Source: a virus
Taxonomy: Duplodnaviria > Caudoviricetes
Strand: one strand, 5' to 3'
IMG/VR virus record: IMGVR_UViG_3300017912_001009
Coordinates: 25,816 to 89,815 of that record
DNA: 64,000 bases
Shown here: one piece after another, positions 9,023 through 17,108 of the stretch
Layout: the number at the start of each line of letters is the position of its first letter
Numbering within the stretch: the stretch's first letter is position 1
Position numbers and translations under genes: made by a program
Notes under the pieces: model-generated
Seen by the model: only the letters and a program-made list of their open reading frames with translations
What the model was told of the DNA's origin: nothing
The model's database searches: none

Positions 9023-10120
9023 TCAGTTAATTTTAATTGCCCTCTTTTTGTCTTTTCCAAGGTCAAATTGATAGTTACCTACTGTGACTTTAACAAGTTG
9101 CTTCATCTTCTTTCTTGTTTTCTCCAACTCAATTACTTTGTCATCTTCTACTGCATTGTTTCTTAGATTTACAACATGCTCTAATATTTCTTCAATTTTA
9201 TCGATTAAGGCAGGTATCTGTCCTGTTATCTTACGATAACTATCAAAGGCATCTAATTGCTCTTCATAGATTTCTTTGCCCTCTAACGTATCTTCCATTT
9301 CTTCAGTAGTACCAAATATTGGAAACTCATCGCCAGCAACTTCTTCTCTCACTGTGAGTTGCCAGTTTTTATCTTCTTCATCAAGAGATTTATTCAGCGT
9401 GTTTTCCTGCTCGTCTTTTATTCTGTCTAAGGTGAGAAGAAGTTCTCTGAATTGCCTTAGCAACATGTTAGGGTCTTCACCTAATTCATCCACATCTATT
9501 CTCTCACTATCTCTCAACATTTCTACCAATCTATTCAGTTTGCCTCTCGTCATCTTCTTTCCGGTAAGTAGATTCCTTGGCATATCAGCAGCAGCCTCAA
9601 AGAATTCTCTTATTATCTCAAGAGACTCTTTGCCATTGTATTCCTTTTCTTCTTGACGATACTCGGCTGTATCTTCACTCATCTGTCTGAACTGTGATAG
9701 CAAACCCTCCTCGTCTTGCTCCATTGTGTCATACCCCTTGAAGAATAGAGCCAATATTTCATCAGGTGCAGTTTGCTTTAGAAGACTCTGATAGAAGTTG
9801 TCTATTTTTTGCTTGCTTGTGCTTCTAGGAAACAAGTACGATTTGACGAACTCTCTCATTGTTCCTCTCATATCTGAATCTGTGACATCACCTGTTCGGC
9901 TGAATGTCTCTAGAATCTCCTTCCACATCCTGACTGTCTTGGCGGTAGCAGTACGGCGTTTCTCATCTGCCTCTGCTACTTTCTTTCCTTCTTCGGCTTC
10001 TTGTTCTTTCTTTCTTTTCTTCTCTTCAACAAGTTGTATTCCAGTCGTGCCTTCCTCTTCTGAGGGGTCTATATCATCTTCTTTCTTAATACGCAAGATA
10101 TCCATGAAATCCTGCGCCAT
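9023..10120 (-). CDS. Acidic helical protein (MAQDFMDILRIKK, tag variant)
   Basis: ORF track; start moved to ATG 10120. Confidence 0.65.
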   Translation of the reverse strand: MAQDFMDILRIKKEDDIDPSEEEGTTGIQLVEEKKRKKEQEAEEGKKVAEADEKRRTATAKTVRMWKEILETFSRTGDVTDSDMRGTMREFVKSYLFPRSTSKQKIDNFYQSLLKQTAPDEILALFFKGYDTMEQDEEGLLSQFRQMSEDTAEYRQEEKEYNGKESLEIIREFFEAAADMPRNLLTGKKMTRGKLNRLVEMLRDSERIDVDELGEDPNMLLRQFRELLLTLDRIKDEQENTLNKSLDEEDKNWQLTVREEVAGDEFPIFGTTEEMEDTLEGKEIYEEQLDAFDSYRKITGQIPALIDKIEEILEHVVNLRNNAVEDDKVIELEKTRKKMKQLVKVTVGNYQFDLGKDKKRAIKIN

Positions 10121-10125
10121 CTGAA

Positions 10126-10356
10126 TCATCCCCAAGGGTTGTTTGGTGTTCTTGACCGCTTTTTCTTAGGTAGTAGGATTGCATCGGGAACATCTGCTGT
10201 ATCGGGTCTCTCCTTCTTCACAGCATTAGGGTCAACACCCCCAACAGAGAAGTCCCTGTTCTTCGTCACACTTCTACTGTGGTGAGCATATTGCTCTGCT
10301 CTTGCTTTCGCTAGTTCTCTTTCCAGTTCTCTTACTCCTTTCTTTTCTTCTGTCAT
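10126..10356 (-). CDS. Hypothetical protein
   Basis: ORF track; GGAGG RBS; coupled to neighbours. Confidence 0.55.
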   Translation of the reverse strand: MTEEKKGVRELERELAKARAEQYAHHSRSVTKNRDFSVGGVDPNAVKKERPDTADVPDAILLPKKKRSRTPNNPWG

Positions 10357-10607
10357 TTCTTTTCCTCCCTTAGTTGTCTCAAATCCTTTTCATCGATATC
10401 TCCATCTTTGTCTTTATCGAGTTTCTTCTGACCACCGTATAGTGTCTTTTCCATCTCCTCTTCTGCAACAGCCGGGTCAACCGGATGCTCTCTTGCTTCA
10501 TACATGTCCTTAGCAGGTTTGATTTTACCCTCTTCTGTATCCATCATATCACCACCAGCATCAGGCATCTCCATATCAGTTTGCTTAATTATGCTCCACC
10601 ATTCCAT
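10353..10607 (-). CDS. Tagged protein (MEWWSIIK) with EF-hand-like DKDKDGDIDEKD loop
   Basis: DxDxDGxID pattern near C-terminus. Confidence 0.6.
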   Translation of the reverse strand: MEWWSIIKQTDMEMPDAGGDMMDTEEGKIKPAKDMYEAREHPVDPAVAEEEMEKTLYGGQKKLDKDKDGDIDEKDLRQLREEKK

Positions 10608-10611
10608 TTTA

Positions 10612-11034
10612 TCACCATTTTACTTTGTTAGCCCAATACGCAGCAGAGGTCTTCCCACGCTTGATGTTCTTAGCATGACGAGCCTTGAACGAGGCTTGCT
10701 TCTTTTTTCTCTTTCCCTTTGGATTCTTCTCGGTTACTGTATCTGCACCTTGTTGTCCAAAGCGAATAGTCTTGACTTTCTTACCATCCTTGACAACCAC
10801 TATATGCGATTTAGTAGGATGCTTAGGAGTTCTCTTTGGTTTACTGAAACCACTCACACCTGCTCTCTTCAAAGCAGGGTGTTTCTCCCTCTTTAGTGTG
10901 TCAAACCAATCCATAGATTTCTTGTATCCTGAAGCATAAGCGGCGGCTGCTTGTCTCTCAGCATCCTTGCGATTGCGATAGACCTTGCCCTTCTTGCCCC
11001 ATTTGTATCCTCCTTTGACTTTACGAATCGGCAT
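10612..11034 (-). CDS. Basic two-module protein with internal tag MDWFDTLK; second module DUF5754-like
   Basis: KTIRFGQQG...SFKARH...SAAYWANKVKW resembles recalled DUF5754 consensus; not searched. Confidence 0.6.
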   Translation of the reverse strand: MPIRKVKGGYKWGKKGKVYRNRKDAERQAAAAYASGYKKSMDWFDTLKREKHPALKRAGVSGFSKPKRTPKHPTKSHIVVVKDGKKVKTIRFGQQGADTVTEKNPKGKRKKKQASFKARHAKNIKRGKTSAAYWANKVKW

Positions 11035-11039
11035 GATAA

Positions 11040-11312
11040 TCACTTCTGAGAGAACTTCCTTCCTGTTGGGACATGTTGCTTTCCTTTCTTACGACCCTTT
11101 CTTTTCTTTCTGTCTTGATAGTCCAATGTCTTCTTCGGGGTTCTTTTGTATGTGGCCTTTGGCATGTATCTCCCCTTTGTCTTGGAAGGTACTTTCTTCC
11201 CCTTCTCCTTTGCACGATGTTGCTCTTGGCTTCCCCACTCCTCATCTGTCCAAGTAGCCAAGTCCTGTTGTGTCTTCTTCTTGGCCTTGAGAGTTGCAAA
11301 CCAATCAGTCAC
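11040..11312 (-). CDS. Tagged basic protein (MTDWFATLK), resembles C-terminal half of DUF5872-like proteins
   Basis: GTG at 11312 behind AGGTGG; LATWTDEEWG..GRYMPK..KRKGRKKGKQHV. Confidence 0.6.
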   Translation of the reverse strand: MTDWFATLKAKKKTQQDLATWTDEEWGSQEQHRAKEKGKKVPSKTKGRYMPKATYKRTPKKTLDYQDRKKRKGRKKGKQHVPTGRKFSQK

Positions 11313-12105
11313 GGTAGCCACCACCTGCTTTCTTGTATCTCTGAGCAAGCAACTGTGCCTTCCTCGCTGACCACTTACCAGCAGGGCCACCTTTGCTACC
11401 TGCTTTGATTCTCTGAAACATCCTCTTTCTCATACCGGGCTTTGTGTAGTTTCCTGCTTGATTTACTTTGGACTTGCTTTTCCTTTTCTTGTGCAGGATG
11501 TCTTGCCACTTCTCAATCTTAGATTCAGATAGATATGCATCAGCAATCAGAAGCCCTGCTTTCTTTCCTACCTCTATATCGCTTGGATAGTGATTTCCCA
11601 TTTTCACCCTAGATAGTGATATCTTCTCTGCCATCTTGTTCAACTCCTCTTGCTTGTCGGGATACTGCTTTCCTAGAATTCTTGCTAAAGCATAAGCCTC
11701 TATTGCATGACCACTTGGGAAAGATGGACTGTCATCCGTATCGGTTGTGGATTCTATCTCATCAGAAATCTCGTAAGGTCTTGGTCTGCCGTACTTGACT
11801 TTCAGTTTGATGGTGTGGATATCGATATCCTCAATCAAATCCTCCCTGTCTTCCTTCTCTTCACCGACAATTTCCAACATCATCTCGATGTTATTTTGGT
11901 CTAAGTCCTCAATCTCATCCTCGTCAATCTTATTGTCCTTCATCATGGCGAGAACCTTTGGCAGTTCCTCTTCGTTATCAGGATGCTCGTATTCAGGGAA
12001 GTCTACCTTGAAGGATGGCTCAGACTCAAACAGTCTTCTCTTCTCCTCGGATAGATTCTCAGGAGTGAACTTTGATTCCTCTTTGATTGCGTCAAACCAA
12101 CTCAC
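11305..12105 (-). CDS. Tagged PAP2/vanadium-haloperoxidase-family phosphatase fused to a basic DUF5872-like module
   Basis: Three PAP2 motifs intact: KVKYGRPRP, SFPSGH, SRVKMGNHYPSD; second tag KWQDILHK precedes YTKPGMR..WSARKAQLLAQRYKKAGGGY. Confidence 0.8.
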   Translation of the reverse strand: MSWFDAIKEESKFTPENLSEEKRRLFESEPSFKVDFPEYEHPDNEEELPKVLAMMKDNKIDEDEIEDLDQNNIEMMLEIVGEEKEDREDLIEDIDIHTIKLKVKYGRPRPYEISDEIESTTDTDDSPSFPSGHAIEAYALARILGKQYPDKQEELNKMAEKISLSRVKMGNHYPSDIEVGKKAGLLIADAYLSESKIEKWQDILHKKRKSKSKVNQAGNYTKPGMRKRMFQRIKAGSKGGPAGKWSARKAQLLAQRYKKAGGGYRD

Positions 12106-12202
12106 TTCTCTCCCTCCAAGTATTTCCTTATTCTTTCATCTGTTTCTGCATTGAGTTTGTCTATCTCTTCCTTCCACTTCCTGACAAACTCAAGTATATC
12201 GC

Positions 12203-13834
12203 TCAACCTACTCTCCTCTCTGTCCGTGAATCAACATTCTGATTACCTGCTTCTGCTGGTAATCCTGTGAATCTCTTATCAGGGCCAGTTTCCATAGATG
12301 GTTTGTTTCTAGTTTCCCCACCGCCTTGACCACCCATCAAAGCCTGTTCTTGTAATTGTCCTAATTGACTTGCATCAATATCAGTTCCTGCGTATGGGTC
12401 AGTTTCGACCTCTTCTTCTGCTCCTTCCTGTGGTGGTGCTTCGGGTTTAGGGTCAGGCTTCTTGAAGGTGAATCTTCCCTCATCATCCATATCAACCTCA
12501 AACCCTAGATTCTTGATTGACGCTGCTACGTTAACCTCAATCTCTCTCTTTCGTAGTTTGGCAATCTCATCCTCTTCTTCTGAAGGTGGTAGTTTCAGTT
12601 GCCAGTCTGTGATTCCAAACTCCATAGTCATGAACGGGAAGACGTACTCATTCCAAATCGTCTGTGCCATTTCGACTGCTCTGTTGGTTACGAGTATCTG
12701 CATACCCTCGTTATTGAGACCACCACTTGCAGAGTTATCTGCCATGAAGATTTTACTTACTCCGTAGAAGGCAGCGATTCTATCTCTCAAGTCTTCCTTG
12801 ACTTGTATGTAGTCCATTTCCTTGAGACTATCCATGAACTTGACCCATTCAACTGCTCCTGTTTTTCCTTCACCCTCTATACCCATTACTGGAATGAAGT
12901 GAGGGTCTTGTTCCATCTTCTCTTTGACACCACGCCAAAAGGACTTCATCGATTCCATGTTTCTAGTTTGAACTGCTAGTATTCCTCTTGGCATTCTAGC
13001 CTTGGTATATGACGAGTTGACATAGTTTTCCATAGCAATGAGTGTGGTGATGTGATTCCACAGAGTCATTATCGGAGACTGGCCGTAGAGTCTTGATGGT
13101 GCATACTTGCTGAAGTGTAAAACTTCTCCATCGATGAAATACTGCTCCTTTCCATTTGCCCTGTTGACATAATGCACAGGATGCAACTCAGAGCCACACA
13201 TCTCACAGGAGTCAGTCATTGACTTGCTGATGAAGTTTCTATGATTCAAGCAAGTGAATCCCTCACTTCCTCTTTCACCATTCTCATCAGCGTATATGTG
13301 CATACTAACAGGGTCTCCACGATAGACTTCTTTGATTCGATGCATACGAATGTCGCCATTACCATCGACATAGTATTCCTTTACCATGATTAGATATGCA
13401 TCATCCATTATATTGAGGTCGTCTTCCATCTCCTTGAGAACATCAACGAACATCTGTTCTCCCTTGTTGACATACCCATCGAGTAATTTCTTGATGTACT
13501 TCAACTGATTTCTATCGGGTTTGAGTAGATTAGTGCTTCCACATTCAACGCACTCTGTTACTGCTTGTTTGTGTTCCTTTCCACAGTCACCACAGCGAGC
13601 GGTGAATTTCTCTTCCCAAACATACCCTCTTCTGAATATCTCGTTCTTCAACTGTGTGATGCATGTCCTAGCAATCACTGATTGATATGTGACATGGTAT
13701 ATTATCGGGGCTGTTATGAGATAGGATGTGTCTTTCTCTTGTATTCCCGGATTGTATATCGTTCTGTCTTGGGGCTTCGGTGTTGTTCTGCGTGTTAATC
13801 GCTGAAACAACGAGGGTCTTTTTTCTTCTACCAT
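12203..13834 (-). CDS. Portal protein with zinc-ribbon insertions
   Basis: 543 aa; EVLHFSKY..LYGQSPI portal motif; position between terminase and protease; CGDC/CVEC and CLNH/CEMC pairs. Confidence 0.85.
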   Translation of the reverse strand: MVEEKRPSLFQRLTRRTTPKPQDRTIYNPGIQEKDTSYLITAPIIYHVTYQSVIARTCITQLKNEIFRRGYVWEEKFTARCGDCGKEHKQAVTECVECGSTNLLKPDRNQLKYIKKLLDGYVNKGEQMFVDVLKEMEDDLNIMDDAYLIMVKEYYVDGNGDIRMHRIKEVYRGDPVSMHIYADENGERGSEGFTCLNHRNFISKSMTDSCEMCGSELHPVHYVNRANGKEQYFIDGEVLHFSKYAPSRLYGQSPIMTLWNHITTLIAMENYVNSSYTKARMPRGILAVQTRNMESMKSFWRGVKEKMEQDPHFIPVMGIEGEGKTGAVEWVKFMDSLKEMDYIQVKEDLRDRIAAFYGVSKIFMADNSASGGLNNEGMQILVTNRAVEMAQTIWNEYVFPFMTMEFGITDWQLKLPPSEEEDEIAKLRKREIEVNVAASIKNLGFEVDMDDEGRFTFKKPDPKPEAPPQEGAEEEVETDPYAGTDIDASQLGQLQEQALMGGQGGGETRNKPSMETGPDKRFTGLPAEAGNQNVDSRTERRVG

Positions 13835-13835
13835 T

Positions 13836-15173
13836 TTATTCTACCTCGTTCTTTACTATGGATTCCAACTTGTCCATTTCTATTGTCTTGTCATTGTCAT
13901 AATACTTCGCAACAGTGTCAATATCAATGTTGTATTTTGCGAAGTCGTAGTTCTTATCGTCTTTATGATTCTCATACTTCATGAGTTTGAAGAGTTCTTC
14001 CTTGCGAGCGTTATACCAAGATGCCTTTTTGTGGCTCTTCTTCATACGAAGCAACTCGACCAATATCTCTGCGTTCTTCTTCTTGAGTTTGAAGTAGGGC
14101 ATACACTTGCTTAGTATTTCATTAACGTCATTGCGAGAGTAGAAGTTCAATCTGTTGATTGGTTTGGTGTCCTGTGGTGATTTTTGGTCGAGGTGTAGTC
14201 TACCACAACCTAGTGACTTATGCATCTCTATCATGAAGGCTTTACCTCTGTCTCCGGTGGCGACCAAACCAACTCTAGGATTGTGGTTCTTGTCCATTGT
14301 GATATACCCATCTGAGTCGATGAAGGCAGCAGTGTAGGCATATATGTCCTTCTTTATCTCATCGCTCATCTTGTATAATGCACCATCTACGACTGTCACA
14401 TTAGCAGAACGTGCCATCTTGGATATCATAGATGGAGATGTCTTTCTGAAGAGATTGTTTGGTAGTCTCTCATGAACTTGCCTAGCAGAGATTCCTTGTT
14501 CCTCACTAACTAGTTTTACGATGTGTCTCTTAATGAGTTCCTTTGGCCCTATGTTGACTACATATTTTTTAATTGTAGAGTTTACTTCTCTCTTTGTGCT
14601 TGCCATCTCCTTTGTCAACCTAGCATACTCTTCACCATAGGCCATCCCATCTCTGTCTAGCCTTGCTTCCCAATATTTGCATAGGGTGTCAATTATATCC
14701 CTACGAGTCTGCTCATCATGAATCAAAGACAGTTTGATTATATTCTCCTCTGATAGAGTTAAGTCTTTCAACGCAGGTTTGTATTTTCTAATCCAATATA
14801 TCTTGTTTATATTTTCATCTAAGTGATTAGAGTATGCGTTGATTAGATTGTCTATTGATTTCGTGACTGCTATCTTTGGCTCTCCCTTCAGGGTTCTACG
14901 ATAGGTTCTCAACTCCTTTATCATGAGCGGGATGTCCCTTCCTTCTATCTCATATTTCTTCAATGAGTTGCTCATTGCCTTTCTAGCCTCTGATAGACCA
15001 ACGTTGTATTCCTTTGCAAATTTCTTCTCTATCTCAAAATGACTAGTTAGTGGTTGATTATCTAACCATTCACTTTTGAGTGACTCTGTGATTTCCTTCT
15101 GTCTCTCTTGGAGTTCCTCTTCTTGGTCAGCGAGTGCAGCCGCTTCCCTGAGTTTATCTCCTTTTTCTCCCAC
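13836..15173 (-). CDS. LAGLIDADG endonuclease-domain protein with helical N-terminus and HTH
   Basis: YTAAFIDSDGYI motif followed by typical beta-strands (PRVGLVAT, LGCGRL, NRLNFYS); ISARQVHERL HTH-like segment. Confidence 0.75.
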   Translation of the reverse strand: MGEKGDKLREAAALADQEEELQERQKEITESLKSEWLDNQPLTSHFEIEKKFAKEYNVGLSEARKAMSNSLKKYEIEGRDIPLMIKELRTYRRTLKGEPKIAVTKSIDNLINAYSNHLDENINKIYWIRKYKPALKDLTLSEENIIKLSLIHDEQTRRDIIDTLCKYWEARLDRDGMAYGEEYARLTKEMASTKREVNSTIKKYVVNIGPKELIKRHIVKLVSEEQGISARQVHERLPNNLFRKTSPSMISKMARSANVTVVDGALYKMSDEIKKDIYAYTAAFIDSDGYITMDKNHNPRVGLVATGDRGKAFMIEMHKSLGCGRLHLDQKSPQDTKPINRLNFYSRNDVNEILSKCMPYFKLKKKNAEILVELLRMKKSHKKASWYNARKEELFKLMKYENHKDDKNYDFAKYNIDIDTVAKYYDNDKTIEMDKLESIVKNEVE

Positions 15174-15182
15174 ATCTTCACC

Positions 15183-16619
15183 TCAAAAGTTGATACCCAT
15201 CACACCGGATACACTACGCCGAGTAGTGGTAGGTTCATCAAAGATGTCCAAGTCATCCAACAAAACAAACTGTTCTCCTGTTCCCTGAGCAGCAGCATTT
15301 GCCAATGCTAAACTCATCACTAAATCGTCATGTGCGCCGACTCCCTCAAACTTACCACTTGCAGTTATTGAGAACATCGATAGTTCCTCAATCAAAGCAC
15401 CAGTCAGTCTTCTACTTGCATTGTCACCATAAGGCATGATTATCTTCTGATTCTCTATGTTCATCTGAAGATTTAGAATTATCTCCTGTTTCTTCTTTCT
15501 AGTTGTGTTGAAGTCTCTGACATTCAAATCTGTCATATTCTTGAGTTCCTGTGTGAATGCCTTTGCGAATGTGTTAGTCTCAAATAGAATCTCTTCCGGC
15601 TCAAACACCTTGCCAATCAAACGTATCTTCTCTATGTTCTCTCTGAACTCTATGTTCTTGGCTCTGTCAACATGAACGATTGCCTTGTTCTTATTCTCAT
15701 CCACCTCTAAAACTGTGATTACGTTATAGTCACCATCGGTTGAGATAGCAGGGTCAACACCGACATAGTATTTGTAGCCCTTGTCTTTTCTATTTCCTAG
15801 TTTCAAAATGTAGTCCTTGTTCTTACACTTCTCGATAAACTCAGGATTGAAGAGAGCAGTTCCAGTGGAGATTGGAACACACAGATACTCTCTTGTAAAC
15901 TTCAGAGAACCTATCTCTGCCTTCCTCTGCATTAATGCATCGAAGTCCCAACGGTCAGGCCAAAGCGGTTCATTCAATGCATTAAGACATGGGTATTTCG
16001 TTACAGTGTATGCCTCGTTCTCTTCCAATTGTGCGAAGATATCAGTGTAGGTAAACGGTGTTCCAATCATCCTTAGTTTGGAAGTGTGATGCAAAGTCGG
16101 AATCATGTCACCGAAGAACCAATCTGTTACTCTCTGAATACCAGCGAGACTGAACTCCTTCAAGGGGTCGTCAATGATAATCTCCTGTGGGTGAAGACCA
16201 CGAATCTGAGAACCAACGGAACGCTCTAGAATCGCATTGCCGTTGGTAAGTTGAATGTTCCCGATTGCCCATCCACGACTAGGCTTGAATTGTTTCAACG
16301 CTGGATGGTTGAAGTATCTATCAATCTCCCTCATGTGAACAAGTGTCTGCTTTTGATTCGATGATATGTATAGCATCTGAAATGGAGGCTCTTGGAATAT
16401 GAGATTCCATACAACCCAACAATGCATGAAGACTGATTTTCCGTGGTCTCTGCTACAAACGATAACTGTCCTGTCTGTCTTCTCCATAGACTCTAGCCAC
16501 TCTTTCATGTATTCAGGATACATCATACCCAATACGTTCTGAAAGAAATATGGAAATGAGTTTCTAGATAATTCCATATCCATGCTAGATACGAAATCTA
16601 AGTTGTCTAGTTCAGGCAC
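15183..16619 (-). CDS. terL: Terminase large subunit
   Basis: SRDHGKS Walker A, IIIDDP Walker B, GVDPAIS and HDDLVMSLALA RNase H-like nuclease; probable GTG start at 16619 behind AGGTG. Confidence 0.93.
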   Translation of the reverse strand: MPELDNLDFVSSMDMELSRNSFPYFFQNVLGMMYPEYMKEWLESMEKTDRTVIVCSRDHGKSVFMHCWVVWNLIFQEPPFQMLYISSNQKQTLVHMREIDRYFNHPALKQFKPSRGWAIGNIQLTNGNAILERSVGSQIRGLHPQEIIIDDPLKEFSLAGIQRVTDWFFGDMIPTLHHTSKLRMIGTPFTYTDIFAQLEENEAYTVTKYPCLNALNEPLWPDRWDFDALMQRKAEIGSLKFTREYLCVPISTGTALFNPEFIEKCKNKDYILKLGNRKDKGYKYYVGVDPAISTDGDYNVITVLEVDENKNKAIVHVDRAKNIEFRENIEKIRLIGKVFEPEEILFETNTFAKAFTQELKNMTDLNVRDFNTTRKKKQEIILNLQMNIENQKIIMPYGDNASRRLTGALIEELSMFSITASGKFEGVGAHDDLVMSLALANAAAQGTGEQFVLLDDLDIFDEPTTTRRSVSGVMGINF

Positions 16620-17104
16620 TAGAAAACACCTCTCATTAGAATGAACCTCCAACCCAAGTTCTTCTTGATGCCCCAATCATCACCATACCTCTGTCGAAAC
16701 TTATCGACTAACTCTTCAGGTATTCCCATTAAGTCATCAGTTTGAAACTTCAGATTTCTATGCAAACCAACCCATGTTTGCTGTGGTATCTTCGTAGACC
16801 GAAGCCCTAGAATCTTAGGTTTACCTGCTAACTTGTCCATCCTATACTGCAAGAGTGCCTTCCAGTTTCCACCGCCTTTCGGTGCTTTTCTGTCTCTCGC
16901 CTTCAACCCGCCTAAGATACCATAGTCTCCCTTGTCACTGTATCCAGCAATACCAACAACCTCACCATCGTTTGTTCTGACAACCCAATTATCCAAGTCA
17001 TACCAAGAAGGAGCGTTTCTCACAAATGGGTCATCAGGGTTGTCCCTGTTCCACATGAAGATAGCATCTTGTTGGGATACTTCCTTGATTTGTATGTCTG
17101 CCAT
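16619..17104 (-). CDS. GNAT-like acetyltransferase
   Basis: WVVRTNDGEVVGIAGY..YGILGGLKAR..GGGNWKALL pattern; ATG 17104 behind AGGTGAGG. Confidence 0.5.
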   Translation of the reverse strand: MADIQIKEVSQQDAIFMWNRDNPDDPFVRNAPSWYDLDNWVVRTNDGEVVGIAGYSDKGDYGILGGLKARDRKAPKGGGNWKALLQYRMDKLAGKPKILGLRSTKIPQQTWVGLHRNLKFQTDDLMGIPEELVDKFRQRYGDDWGIKKNLGWRFILMRGVF

Positions 17105-17108
17105 TTCC

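Noticed and set aside
13836-15173. Intein or group I intron around the LAGLIDADG domain
   Set aside because: No Cys/Ser N-terminal or His-Asn C-terminal splice motifs; flanking terL and portal genes look complete.
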